Source: Myxococcota bacterium (lineage in GTDB: Bacteria; Myxococcota_A; UBA796; CAJQPC01). Taken from it: 64,000 bases of DNA. Each line of letters begins with the position of its first letter. Within the stretch, counting starts at the first letter, position 1. The notes under the pieces were generated by a model. It ran no database searches, was not told the origin of the DNA, and was given only the letters and a program-made list of their open reading frames with translations. Both the position numbers and the translations under genes were made by a program. The stretch spans positions 258,364 to 322,363 of the forward strand of contig JAZAMN010000024.1 of NCBI GenBank assembly GCA_036229005.1. The letters are read 5' to 3'. Shown here piece by piece: positions 1 through 9,157 of this stretch.

Positions 1-645
1 TTCGGACTCTTCGATCACCGCGATCCCACGGTGCGCTTCGCCCGGCGCGGCGCCCTGTACGCGGTCGCGGACGGCGTCGGCAGCACGCGCGACGGCGCCG
101 CGGCGGCCGAGGTGGTGATCCAGCACCTTCAGCAGTTCTTCACCTCAAGCTGGCACCCCTCCGAGAACCTGCTGGTCGACGTGGTCGAGGCCGCCGACGC
201 CGAGGTCCGCATGACCATCGGCAGCGCCAGCACCCTCACCGGGGTCTGGATGGCCGATCGCGTGGTCAGCATCTTCAACGTGGGCGACTCCGCCGTGTTC
301 CTGCACCGCGACGGCCAGCTCCAGCGCATGACCCCGGAGCAGAAGCGCGGCGGCGGCCTCAGCGCCTGGGTGGGCATGGGGCCCAGCATCCGCCACATGC
401 TCTTCATCCGGCGCCTGCCCATCCACGTGGGCGACGAGTACCTGATCTGCAGCGACGGCGTGCTCGAGGCCCTGAGCGTCCAGGAGCTCGGCACCCTGCT
501 CCACGCCCACGGCGATGCGCTTCTCGATCAGGTGCGGGAGCGCCTGGACGACCGGGGCCACGGCGATGACGCCACGATGATCCAGCTCCGCGTGCTGGCC
601 GAAGAGGTCGCGCCCTCCCAGTTGGAGCTCGAACCCCTCCCGTGA
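1..645 (+). CDS. PP2C/PPM-family Ser/Thr protein phosphatase (probably 5'-truncated by the window edge)
   Basis: Motifs AVADGVG, NVGDS, ICSDGV and DDAT; the frame is open from base 1. Confidence 0.9.
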   Translation, partial: FGLFDHRDPTVRFARRGALYAVADGVGSTRDGAAAAEVVIQHLQQFFTSSWHPSENLLVDVVEAADAEVRMTIGSASTLTGVWMADRVVSIFNVGDSAVFLHRDGQLQRMTPEQKRGGGLSAWVGMGPSIRHMLFIRRLPIHVGDEYLICSDGVLEALSVQELGTLLHAHGDALLDQVRERLDDRGHGDDATMIQLRVLAEEVAPSQLELEPLP

Positions 646-2036
646 AGGCGCCCCCCGCTGCGTGGCTGGAGCAGCACCCCTCCGCCGTTGAGGTCGACAG
701 CGGCCTGCCCTCGCCCCGCCGCGCGCGCCGCGATGGGGACACCTGGATCCTCCGCTGCACGCTGGCCGGCCCCCTCGCTCCCCAGGCGGAGCAGGAGTCG
801 GGCTGGGCGCGGGTCCAGGGGCTGGAGCCCGGTCCAGACAGCGCCCTCGCGCCCCTGGCCACGCTGTTGGAGTCGGGCCGACTGACCCCGACCTCGCTGG
901 CGCCCAGGGAGCTGCTGAGCTTGCCGGGCGTCAACCCAGCCCGGGCGTTGCGGGCGCTGCGCATCAAGCGGGTCGATCGCTTCCTCGACCGTCCCCTGGA
1001 GATCGCCCACCGCGTCGGCCCCTCCTACACCCTGAGCCGGGACTTCCTGCGGCGACAGGGGGAGCGGGTGGTCTGCCTGGCCCCCTTTGAACCCCAGGGC
1101 TGGCAGGCGCTGGACGTGGCGCAGGTGGCCCTGGAGGAGGACGCCGACCTCAGCGAGCTGCACGGGGGAGGCGCCGCAGGAGAGACGGCGCTGCTCCTGG
1201 CGACGCTGGCGCTGGCGCTGCAGAGGAGCTGGCGGGACCGGGATCCCGAGAGCGCCGACCGGGTCCGGGAGTGTCTGGAGGCCCTGAGGAGTCCGCCTCC
1301 GGAGCGGGTCCACATCCGGGTCCACGGCCCCGACTGGCTGGACACCCGGCCCTGGAGTGGGGATCGCAGCGCGAGCGAGGCCCGGCGCATCCTCCACAAC
1401 CTCGACGGGCTGCAGGTGGACGGTCAGAGCCTGCGGGTGGACTGCACGCCGCCGCTGCACAAGGGGAAGCGCCCCCTGCTGCGCGAGGACCGGACCGTGC
1501 GCCGCACCCGCCTCTTCTCCCGCTGGGAGCAGGGCATCCAGACCGACGACGAGGGCCTGCTCTCCGCCACCCCCGAGGCCCTGGCCCTGGACTTCGTGCA
1601 GGGGCTCTCCGGGCGCGTGCTGGACGGGACCTGCGGGGTGGGGGCCCTGGCGATCGCGGCGGCCCGCCGAGGCTGCAGCGTGGTGGCCTGTGACCTGAAC
1701 GGACCGCGCCTGGAGATGGCCCGCCACAACGCCCGGATCTACGGGGTGGAGCTGGATCTCCGCTGCGCGGACGTGCTGGACATCCTCCGCAGTGATGGCC
1801 CATTCGACGCCTTGATCCTCGATCCTCCCTGGGGCGGGCGCGACTACGACCGCCAGGGGATGCGCGCCCAGGACCTGCCCTTCCCGCTGCTGGAGGCCCT
1901 GGAGCTGGCCCCCCCGATGGTGCGCCTCAAGCTGCCCCGCTCCTTTCTGACCCAGAGCCTCCCCGGGGACTGGCGCTGGTCTGCGGCGGTGGATGCGCGG
2001 GGCGTCTTCAAGTTCCTGGTGGGGCGGCGCCCGTGA
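642..2036 (+). CDS. Tgs1-like (RNA cap guanine-N2) SAM-dependent methyltransferase with long N-terminal extension
   Basis: RLFSRWEQGIQTDDEGLLSATPE, VLDGTCGVG, ARHNARIYGV, LDPPWGGRDY and KLPRS match recalled Tgs1 signatures; GTGA overlap with the upstream gene. Confidence 0.8.
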   Translation: MKAPPAAWLEQHPSAVEVDSGLPSPRRARRDGDTWILRCTLAGPLAPQAEQESGWARVQGLEPGPDSALAPLATLLESGRLTPTSLAPRELLSLPGVNPARALRALRIKRVDRFLDRPLEIAHRVGPSYTLSRDFLRRQGERVVCLAPFEPQGWQALDVAQVALEEDADLSELHGGGAAGETALLLATLALALQRSWRDRDPESADRVRECLEALRSPPPERVHIRVHGPDWLDTRPWSGDRSASEARRILHNLDGLQVDGQSLRVDCTPPLHKGKRPLLREDRTVRRTRLFSRWEQGIQTDDEGLLSATPEALALDFVQGLSGRVLDGTCGVGALAIAAARRGCSVVACDLNGPRLEMARHNARIYGVELDLRCADVLDILRSDGPFDALILDPPWGGRDYDRQGMRAQDLPFPLLEALELAPPMVRLKLPRSFLTQSLPGDWRWSAAVDARGVFKFLVGRRP

Positions 2037-3172
2037 TCGGCGGCCTGATCCTGGCCTTCCTGCTGGGCGTCGACGCTCTGCGCCGCGTCTACTCGGTGGG
2101 GCGCACCTGGAACGACCACTTCGTCGCGGCCGTGGTGCTGGGCTGCATGGGCTTCTACGCGCTCCACTGGCTGAGCGCTCCCGTGGCCCTCCGGCCGCTC
2201 TGGGGCTTGGGGATCCTTTGGATCTGGGGCCTGTTCTTCGCCCTGGGCGATCAGCGCGGGGACATCGCCCCCAAGTGGGCTCTGTGGGCCTTCGCCTGGC
2301 CCTCCCAGCTCGCCTACGCCTTCGCGCTGTGGGGCGGCCTGACCTGGCTCATCCGCGCGCCGATCGCCTGGGCCCTGGGCGCGGATCCTTGGTGGGCCGG
2401 CCCCTGGCTGCTCATCCCCGCAGTGCTCGCGGTGGCCGGGCAGATCCAGGCAATGCGCCCCCAACCCATCCGCCACCACGCCGTCCAAGGTCTGCCCGCG
2501 CGCATCGTCCAGCTCTCGGACCTGCACGCCAGCCCCGTGATGGCGCAGGAGGCCCTGGACGCCCTGGTGGACCGGGTCAACGCCCTGGAGCCCGCGCTGG
2601 TCTGCATCACCGGCGATCTGGTGATGCCCTTCTCCGAGGCCCGCCACGACTACCTGGTGCGTGCCTTGGCGCGGCTCCAGGCCCCGGTGGTCTGCTGCCC
2701 GGGGAACCACGACCTGCCCGTCCTGGCGCGCCTTCAAGAGGCTCTGGAGGCCGAGGGGATCGCGCTGCTCGCCGATCTGAAGGCCCACCGCGCGGGCTTC
2801 GAGGTCGTGGGCTTCACCTTTCGCTGGGGAGATGCCGCCGACGAGGTCAGGCTGACTGCGCGTGACCTCGCTGGGGCCAAGGAGTCCTTCCGGGTGTGGC
2901 TGGCCCACGATCCGAGGGTGGGTGGGTGGCTGGAGCCCGGGAGCTGCGATCTGCTCCTCTCCGGACACTCCCACGGCGGCCAGGTGGGCCTGAACATGTT
3001 CGGCCTGCGCCCGACGCTCTGGGGGCTCCTGGGGCACCGCGACCAGGGCTGGTGGGAGGCCGGAGGGGCCCCGCACTACGTGCACGCCGGCAACTGGTGG
3101 ATCGGCCTGCCGCCGCGCATGGGCGTCAGCGGGGAGATCGCGGTGTTCGAGCCCTCGGACCGACCGGGCTAG
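2033..3172 (+). CDS. Membrane-anchored calcineurin-like metallophosphoesterase (YkuE/YaeI-like)
   Basis: N-terminal TM helices; SDLH, TGD, GNHD, LAHDP and SGHSHGGQ motifs. Confidence 0.88.
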   Translation: MIGGLILAFLLGVDALRRVYSVGRTWNDHFVAAVVLGCMGFYALHWLSAPVALRPLWGLGILWIWGLFFALGDQRGDIAPKWALWAFAWPSQLAYAFALWGGLTWLIRAPIAWALGADPWWAGPWLLIPAVLAVAGQIQAMRPQPIRHHAVQGLPARIVQLSDLHASPVMAQEALDALVDRVNALEPALVCITGDLVMPFSEARHDYLVRALARLQAPVVCCPGNHDLPVLARLQEALEAEGIALLADLKAHRAGFEVVGFTFRWGDAADEVRLTARDLAGAKESFRVWLAHDPRVGGWLEPGSCDLLLSGHSHGGQVGLNMFGLRPTLWGLLGHRDQGWWEAGGAPHYVHAGNWWIGLPPRMGVSGEIAVFEPSDRPG

Positions 3173-3930
3173 CCGAGCACGAGCTCCACGGGGGCGTGGT
3201 CGGAGGCCTTCTCCTTGCCGCGCTCCAGGCGGTGGATGCGGGAGCCCTGCACGCGGTCCAGCACGGGCTGGCTGACCAGGAAGTGGTCGATGCGGTAGCC
3301 GGCGTCACGCGCGTAGCAGTTCATCCGGTAGTCCCAGAAGGTGAAGCTGCGGGGCGCCAGGTAGGGCTTGGAGGCGTCGGTGAGCCCCCAGTCCAAAAGG
3401 CGCTGGAACTTGTCCTTCTCGACCTGCGTGAAGGAGCAGACGCCCTCCATCTTGACCACGTCATAGACGTCGTCGTCCTGGGGCGCGATGTTCAGGTCGC
3501 CGGTGATCACGACGGGGGTGGCGGGGTCCTGGGTGGCCTCCAGCCAGGTCTGCAGGGCGTCGTAGAAGCGCAGCTTGTAGTCGAACTTCTCGTGCCCGAC
3601 CTTGCGGCCCTGGGGGCAGTAGAGGTTCGTGATGCGGACGCCGTCGATGGTCGCGGCGATCAGGCGGGACTCGCCCTCGTCGCCGTCCGGGAGGCCGCGG
3701 TGGACCTGGGACATGGGCAGCTTGGAGGCGATGGCCACGCCGTTGTAGGTCTTCTGCCCGTGGGTCTCCAGGAAGTAGCCCCGCTCGGCGAAGATCTCGC
3801 GGGGGACCTTGTCGTCCTCGAGCTTGAGCTCCTGCATGCACAGGACGGTGGGGGAGACGCGGTCCAGAAAGTCCGCGACGTGCTCGGCGCGGGCCTTGAG
3901 GCTGTTCACATTGAAGGTGACGATCTTCAT
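3169..3930 (-). CDS. xth: Exodeoxyribonuclease III
   Basis: MKIVTFNVNS, QELK, YNGVAI, GDLNIA, RIDH and SDHAPV. Confidence 0.95.
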   Translation of the reverse strand: MKIVTFNVNSLKARAEHVADFLDRVSPTVLCMQELKLEDDKVPREIFAERGYFLETHGQKTYNGVAIASKLPMSQVHRGLPDGDEGESRLIAATIDGVRITNLYCPQGRKVGHEKFDYKLRFYDALQTWLEATQDPATPVVITGDLNIAPQDDDVYDVVKMEGVCSFTQVEKDKFQRLLDWGLTDASKPYLAPRSFTFWDYRMNCYARDAGYRIDHFLVSQPVLDRVQGSRIHRLERGKEKASDHAPVELVLG

Positions 3931-3997
3931 GCCAACAGCCCTAACCCAGGCCCCTGAACGCAGCGTCGGCTATCCTCTGGGGCCTTAGGAGATCCCC

Positions 3998-6223
3998 TTG
4001 CTGCAGCCTGGTGATGAGATCGACATCTGGGTGGTGGAGCACGCGCTGGGGCAGGGCGGGATGGGCTCGGTCTACCGCTGCCACAACCGCTCCGCCAAGC
4101 GCATCCTGGCCGCGGTCAAGACCCTGGACCCCAGCCTGAACAAGATCGCCACGGCCAAGGCCCGCTTCGTCCGGGAGGCGGAGATCCTCTTCGCCCTGGA
4201 CCACCCCAACATCGTGAAGGTGCGCAACGTCCGCATGGACGCCGAGCTGCCCTACATCGAGATGGAGTTCGTCGAGGGCGTCTCCCTGGACAGCCAGATC
4301 CTGCGCGGCCCGATGGCGGTCGACAAGGCGGTGGCGCTCTTCAAGCAGGCGGCCTCGGCGGTGGCCTACATGCACGAGAGGGGCGTGCGGCACCGCGACA
4401 TCAAGCCCTCGAACATCATCCTCAAGTCCGACGGGCGCCTCAAGCTGGTCGACTTCGGCATCGCCACCGAGCAGGACGGCAAGACCCTCACGGCCCACGG
4501 GCAGACCTTCGGGTCGGTGTCCTACGCGCCGCCGGAGTGGATCGAGCCCGGCTCCCTGGAGGCCGTGCGCTGGGACGTCTACAGCCTGGGCACGGTGTTC
4601 TACGAGATGCTCGTGGGGCGCTTCGCGTTCCCGGTCTCTGGCCTGGGAACAAGCCGCCAGAAGGCGCTGCAGGTGATGATCGCCAAGCAGAAGCACCCGC
4701 CGCTGGACCCGGGCCCCACGCTCCCGGTGGACCTGCGCCGCCTGATCCGCGCGATGACCCGCAGCACCCCCGAGACCCGCCTGGCCACCGCCCAGGAGGT
4801 GCTGGACGCGCTCGAGGCCGCCGACCTGGAGACCGTGGACCCCGACGCCGAGTTCGAGGACACGCCGGTCGAGGCCCCCAGCTCCCACACCTGGTACCCG
4901 GGGATGGACCTGGAGGACATGGTGGACTCCCAGCCGGTGCCGCTGGAGCAGGCCGCCGAGCAGGCCGCGACCCCCCGCCCGCCGGAGACCCGGGAGCCCG
5001 AGCCGGCCCCCACCCTTGAGCCTCCCCGGCCCGAGCCCGCGCCCCAGGACGCCCCCATCCCGCCGGCCGACACGGGCGACGACTCCAACAAGAAGCTGGT
5101 GCTGGTCGGCTTCATTGCGGCCTTGGTCCTGCTCATGGCGGGCCTGGGCTGGCAGGTCTGGCGCAGCGATCCGGGACGCCAGGACCCCATCGTCGAGCCC
5201 CCTGCCGCCGCCCTGGGCCGAGACGTGGACGTCGTGGTCACCGGGCTCGCCCAAGACTCCGACCTCCAACTCCGGCTGGGCGGCGCCCGCTCTCGCAGCA
5301 GCGATGGCTTCGTCCACCACTTCAAGGACATCCCGCTGGGGAGCGTCGAGCTGGTGGCCATCCAGGGCGCGGGCTGTGAGCCGACCACCGACCAGCCCTG
5401 GTGCAAGCGCAGCGTGCAGACCATGGAGCTGGGCGCCGGCGAGGGCGTGCACACCCAGACCCTCAGCCTCTCTCCGCTCCCCGAGCGTCAGATCGAGCTC
5501 CGGGGACTGCGGGGGATGACCCTGCGCCTCGAGGGGGAGGAGGTCGAGGTGGATCGGCGTGGCCGCGCATCGATCTCCACCGCTCCGGGCCGCTATGCCC
5601 TCAGCGCCGAGAAGGGACTCTGCCCCAGCGAGGTCACCGGGTGCTCGGCGGACGACAACTGCCCCGCTGGCTGCAGCTCGTGGGAGGGCAACCTGGACAT
5701 CCCCGTCGACGGCGAGCTTGCCGCCTTCGAGATCCCGCTCCCCGAGCCCTCCAGGCGGGCGGGTGCGGAGGCCCCCGCGACCACACCGAGCAGCGACCCC
5801 ATCCCGGAGCAGGCGCCGCCCGCGTCTTCGGACGCTGCGGCCAAGGCCCAGGTCAGCAACAAGCAGCTCGCCTCCTGGCTGGCCTCCCACCCCGAGTGGC
5901 AGCGCGAAGCCGCCTTGGAGAGCGGCAAGGCCGCCGGCAACTACCTCAAGGGCTGGGAGGGCGCGACGCCCCCCGCCGGGCAGGAGAGCGCCGCCGCCGT
6001 CAACGTGAGTTGGTCGATGGCCAAGGCCTACTGCGCCGGGCGCGGCGGCTTGGCGCCCACGAGCGCGAGCCCCAGCACCTGGGACGAGGGCGGCGCGCTG
6101 GCCTGGCACGAGTACCGGCAGCAGGACGGCGCGCCCGCGTGGGTGCGCAGCGACGGCACGGTGAGCACGGCCGTGAAGAAGAGCGACGCGAAGGCCTTCA
6201 TCGGCTTCCGCTGCAGCCGCTGA
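3998..6223 (+). CDS. Membrane Hanks-type Ser/Thr kinase with C-terminal abbreviated FGE-sulfatase-like domain
   Basis: LGQGGMGSVY, HRDIKPSN, DFG; TM segment LVLVGFIAALVLLMAGLGW; C-terminal VNVSWSMAKAYC...IGFRC; AGGAG SD before the TTG. Confidence 0.88.
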   Translation: MLQPGDEIDIWVVEHALGQGGMGSVYRCHNRSAKRILAAVKTLDPSLNKIATAKARFVREAEILFALDHPNIVKVRNVRMDAELPYIEMEFVEGVSLDSQILRGPMAVDKAVALFKQAASAVAYMHERGVRHRDIKPSNIILKSDGRLKLVDFGIATEQDGKTLTAHGQTFGSVSYAPPEWIEPGSLEAVRWDVYSLGTVFYEMLVGRFAFPVSGLGTSRQKALQVMIAKQKHPPLDPGPTLPVDLRRLIRAMTRSTPETRLATAQEVLDALEAADLETVDPDAEFEDTPVEAPSSHTWYPGMDLEDMVDSQPVPLEQAAEQAATPRPPETREPEPAPTLEPPRPEPAPQDAPIPPADTGDDSNKKLVLVGFIAALVLLMAGLGWQVWRSDPGRQDPIVEPPAAALGRDVDVVVTGLAQDSDLQLRLGGARSRSSDGFVHHFKDIPLGSVELVAIQGAGCEPTTDQPWCKRSVQTMELGAGEGVHTQTLSLSPLPERQIELRGLRGMTLRLEGEEVEVDRRGRASISTAPGRYALSAEKGLCPSEVTGCSADDNCPAGCSSWEGNLDIPVDGELAAFEIPLPEPSRRAGAEAPATTPSSDPIPEQAPPASSDAAAKAQVSNKQLASWLASHPEWQREAALESGKAAGNYLKGWEGATPPAGQESAAAVNVSWSMAKAYCAGRGGLAPTSASPSTWDEGGALAWHEYRQQDGAPAWVRSDGTVSTAVKKSDAKAFIGFRCSR

Positions 6224-7210
6224 TCAGCCCAGGGTGACCTCGCCGGCGAGGTCCAGCCTCCACGCGTCGCGGAAGTCACCCTCCTGGGCCAGGAGGTACA
6301 TCGCGCGGGTGAGGGTGGCCTCCAGCGTCATGTCCCTGGCGCTCAGGGCCCCGGCCTCCTTGGCGGCCTGGCTCCCGGCGTAGCGCCCCAGCTCCACGCG
6401 GCCCTCCAGGCACTGGGAGCCCACGATCACGTGGACGCCGGCCTGGGTGGCCTGGGCGATGGCCTCGGGCCAGTCCTGCAGGGGGAGGTTGCCGGCGCCG
6501 AAGGCCTGCAGGATCACGGCCCGCGCGCCGGAGTCCACCGCCTGCTGGAGGGGGAGGGGGTGCGCGCCCGGGTAGAGCGTGAGCACGGTGACGCGGCGGT
6601 CAAAGCCCTGGCGCAGCCTGAAAGGCCCGCTGGGACGCCTTGAGGGCGTGCCGGGCTTCATGTCGGTGCCCAGCCGCATCAGCGGCGGGAGCTGGGGGCT
6701 CGCGTAGGCCTCGTAGCTGGAGACGCTGACCTTGGTGGTGCGGTTGCCCCGGGTGAGGGCCTCGTTGAAGCAGAGGCTGACCTCCGGCAGGTCCAGGGTG
6801 GCGCAGAGCGCCGCGTGGATCAGGTTCTGCCGGGCGTCGCTGCGGAGCTGGGCGATGGGCCGCTGGCTGCCGGTGAACACCACGGGCTTGGGCAGGTTCT
6901 CCAGCAGGTAGCTGCAGGCCGAGGCCGAGAAGGCCATGGTGTCCGTGCCGTGGAGGACCACGAAGCCGTCGTAGTCGTCCAGGTGCCCGGCGACCTGGCC
7001 CGCGATGGCCTCCCAGTGGCCGGCGGTCATGTCCGAGGAGTCGATGTTCGACACGAACACGCTCTCGATCTCGACCAGCTCCTCCAGGCCCGGGACGAAG
7101 CGCAGCACGTCGTTGGAGTAGGCGCTGGGGGCCAGGGGACCGGGGTCCCCGTCCATGCCAAGGGTGCCGCCGGTGTGGATGAAGAGCAGGCGCTTGCGGG
7201 CCGCGCTCAC
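6224..7210 (-). CDS. ansA: Type I (cytoplasmic) L-asparaginase
   Basis: HTGGTLGM, IDSSDM, HGTDTMA, TGSQRP and GAGN; start placed at GTG 7210, just after the upstream gene's stop. Confidence 0.9.
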   Translation of the reverse strand: MSAARKRLLFIHTGGTLGMDGDPGPLAPSAYSNDVLRFVPGLEELVEIESVFVSNIDSSDMTAGHWEAIAGQVAGHLDDYDGFVVLHGTDTMAFSASACSYLLENLPKPVVFTGSQRPIAQLRSDARQNLIHAALCATLDLPEVSLCFNEALTRGNRTTKVSVSSYEAYASPQLPPLMRLGTDMKPGTPSRRPSGPFRLRQGFDRRVTVLTLYPGAHPLPLQQAVDSGARAVILQAFGAGNLPLQDWPEAIAQATQAGVHVIVGSQCLEGRVELGRYAGSQAAKEAGALSARDMTLEATLTRAMYLLAQEGDFRDAWRLDLAGEVTLG

Positions 7211-7214
7211 CGGC

Positions 7215-7487
7215 TCACCAGGTCCAGAGGGTCTCGTCGTAGCAGACGCCCTCGCTGATCGCATCGCAGCTTGAGTCGCGCACGCAGTTGCGCTGCTCCT
7301 GGAACGCGGCGAGCAGGACCTCGTCCTCCCAGTCCTCTTCGTAGAGGTACTCCTGGGCCAGGCAGGTCTCGCGACATTCGGCCTCGAGCGTGCCGGTCAT
7401 GTCGACCTCGCCGCAGGAGGTGAGCTTCTGACAGCTCTGGCGGCAGGTCGCGTTGCAGGCGGTGAGGACGAGAAGCAGGAAGGTCAT
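7215..7487 (-). CDS. Small Cys-rich lipoprotein
   Basis: Hydrophobic leader with LTAC lipobox; CxxxC motifs; similar to the upstream neighbour. Confidence 0.75.
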   Translation of the reverse strand: MTFLLLVLTACNATCRQSCQKLTSCGEVDMTGTLEAECRETCLAQEYLYEEDWEDEVLLAAFQEQRNCVRDSSCDAISEGVCYDETLWTW

Positions 7488-7505
7488 GGTCCCCACCGCT
7501 AACCC

Positions 7506-7877
7506 CTACCAGATCGGGGCGCAGTAGCCCTCTTCAAGGTTGCCGCAGCTCTTCTCGCCCACACACTCCATCCAGAGGGCGGCCTGGCGCTCGTTTTCCA
7601 GCTCCACGCTGGTCTGTGCGCCCTGCTGCACGATGGGGTTGTAGGAGCCGATCTCACCCGGCGTGTCCAGGGCGTCTTCACACTCCTGCATGCAGGTGTT
7701 GATCAGGTCGGTGCTGGTGCGGCCGGGGCGGGAGATGGCGCAGTCGGCGCCCACGTCCTGGATGCCGTCGCCGTAGATGCGCTGGCAGGTGGACTGGCAG
7801 TTGGGGCCACAGCCCACAAGCACGGTGCTGGCGAGGCCAGAGGCCAGGAGGGCAGCGGTGAGGGCGAACTTGCGCAC
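7506..7877 (-). CDS. Small Cys-rich lipoprotein
   Basis: GTG start after GGAG; LVGC lipobox; CQSTC and CMQEC; strong GC3 bias. Confidence 0.78.
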   Translation of the reverse strand: MRKFALTAALLASGLASTVLVGCGPNCQSTCQRIYGDGIQDVGADCAISRPGRTSTDLINTCMQECEDALDTPGEIGSYNPIVQQGAQTSVELENERQAALWMECVGEKSCGNLEEGYCAPIW

Positions 7878-8011
7878 GGAGGCTCCAGAGTTGCGTGGGA
7901 CGCTCGGTGCGTGAGGGTATTCGGTGTGCGGGTCGGGCGTCAATGCGCCGGAGGTCAGGGGCGCGTCAGGGGCCGCAGACGCGATACCCTTGGCGCCCAC
8001 AAGGAGCCCGC

Positions 8012-9157
8012 GTGCAGGTCCTGCATGTGACCCCAACCTTCCCGCCCACCTGGGCCTACGGCGGAATCCCCCGCATCGTGCACGGCCTGGGCCGCTCCCA
8101 GGCGCGCCTGGGCTTGGGTGTCAGCGTGTGGACCACGGACGCCTGCGACGCCCGCCGTGCCCAGGTGCCCCCCCGCCGCGAGCTCGACGGGATGCAGGTG
8201 CTCACGACGCCCAACCTGAGCAACCGCCTGGCCTACAGCCACCAGCTCTTCCTGCCCCGGACCAGCCCCCTGGACGCCCTGGGCCCCATCGACCTGGTGC
8301 ACCTGCACGGCCACCGCCACCTGCTCAACAACGCCGCCATGGCCTTCGCCCGCGCGCGCGGGATCCCCTATGTGATGACTCCCAACGGCACCCTGCCGCG
8401 TCTGGAGCGCAAGGTCGCGTTCAAGGCGCTGTGGGACCTGCTGATCTCCGGCCGCGTCCCCAAGCACGCCGCCCGCCTGATCGCCGTCTCCCAGGCCGAG
8501 GCCGGGCACTTTGTGCAGGCTGGCTTCTCCCCCGAGCGCATCGCCACCATCCCGAACGGCCTGATGCTCGACGAGTTCGACGCCCTGCCCCCCGCCGGCT
8601 CCTTCCGGCAGCGCTGGGGGATCGAGGGGCCGATAGTCGCCTATCTGGGGCAGCTCTCACCGCGAAAAGGGGTGGAGCACCTGGTCGCTGCCTTTGGACC
8701 CGGCGGCATCGACGAGGCCACCCTGGTGATCGGCGGCAACGACATGGGGGCCGAGTCCATGGCCCGGGAGAACGCCGACGCCAAGGTGATCTTCACGGGC
8801 CTGCTCGAGGGCCCCGAGCGCCTGGCCCTGCTCCAGGACGCGGACGTGCTGGTCTACCCCTCCACCGCCGAGGTCTTTGGGCTGGTTCCCTTCGAGGGGC
8901 TGATGTGCGGCACCCCCGTGGTGGTGGGCGGCGATTGTGGTTGCGGTGAGCTCGTGCGCAAGGCGGGGGCCGGCCTGCTGGTCCAACACGGGGACGTGCA
9001 GGGCCTCCGAGCCCGGATCCGCACCCTGCTGCGAGACCACGAGGCCGCCCAGGCCATGGTGAGCCGGGGGCGCCGCTACATCCAGGCCGAGCTGGACTTC
9101 GACCGGGTCGCCGAGCGGCACATCGCGCTGTACCGACAGGTGGTGGATGGAGCGTGA
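8012..9157 (+). CDS. GT4-family glycosyltransferase
   Basis: AAGGAG SD plus GTG; YGG, IPNG, KGVEHL and EVFGLVPFEGLMCGTPVV. Confidence 0.9.
   Translation: MQVLHVTPTFPPTWAYGGIPRIVHGLGRSQARLGLGVSVWTTDACDARRAQVPPRRELDGMQVLTTPNLSNRLAYSHQLFLPRTSPLDALGPIDLVHLHGHRHLLNNAAMAFARARGIPYVMTPNGTLPRLERKVAFKALWDLLISGRVPKHAARLIAVSQAEAGHFVQAGFSPERIATIPNGLMLDEFDALPPAGSFRQRWGIEGPIVAYLGQLSPRKGVEHLVAAFGPGGIDEATLVIGGNDMGAESMARENADAKVIFTGLLEGPERLALLQDADVLVYPSTAEVFGLVPFEGLMCGTPVVVGGDCGCGELVRKAGAGLLVQHGDVQGLRARIRTLLRDHEAAQAMVSRGRRYIQAELDFDRVAERHIALYRQVVDGA

Noticed and set aside
3954..3970. CTGAAC half-site upstream of xth as a LexA box
   Set aside because: The second half-site does not match
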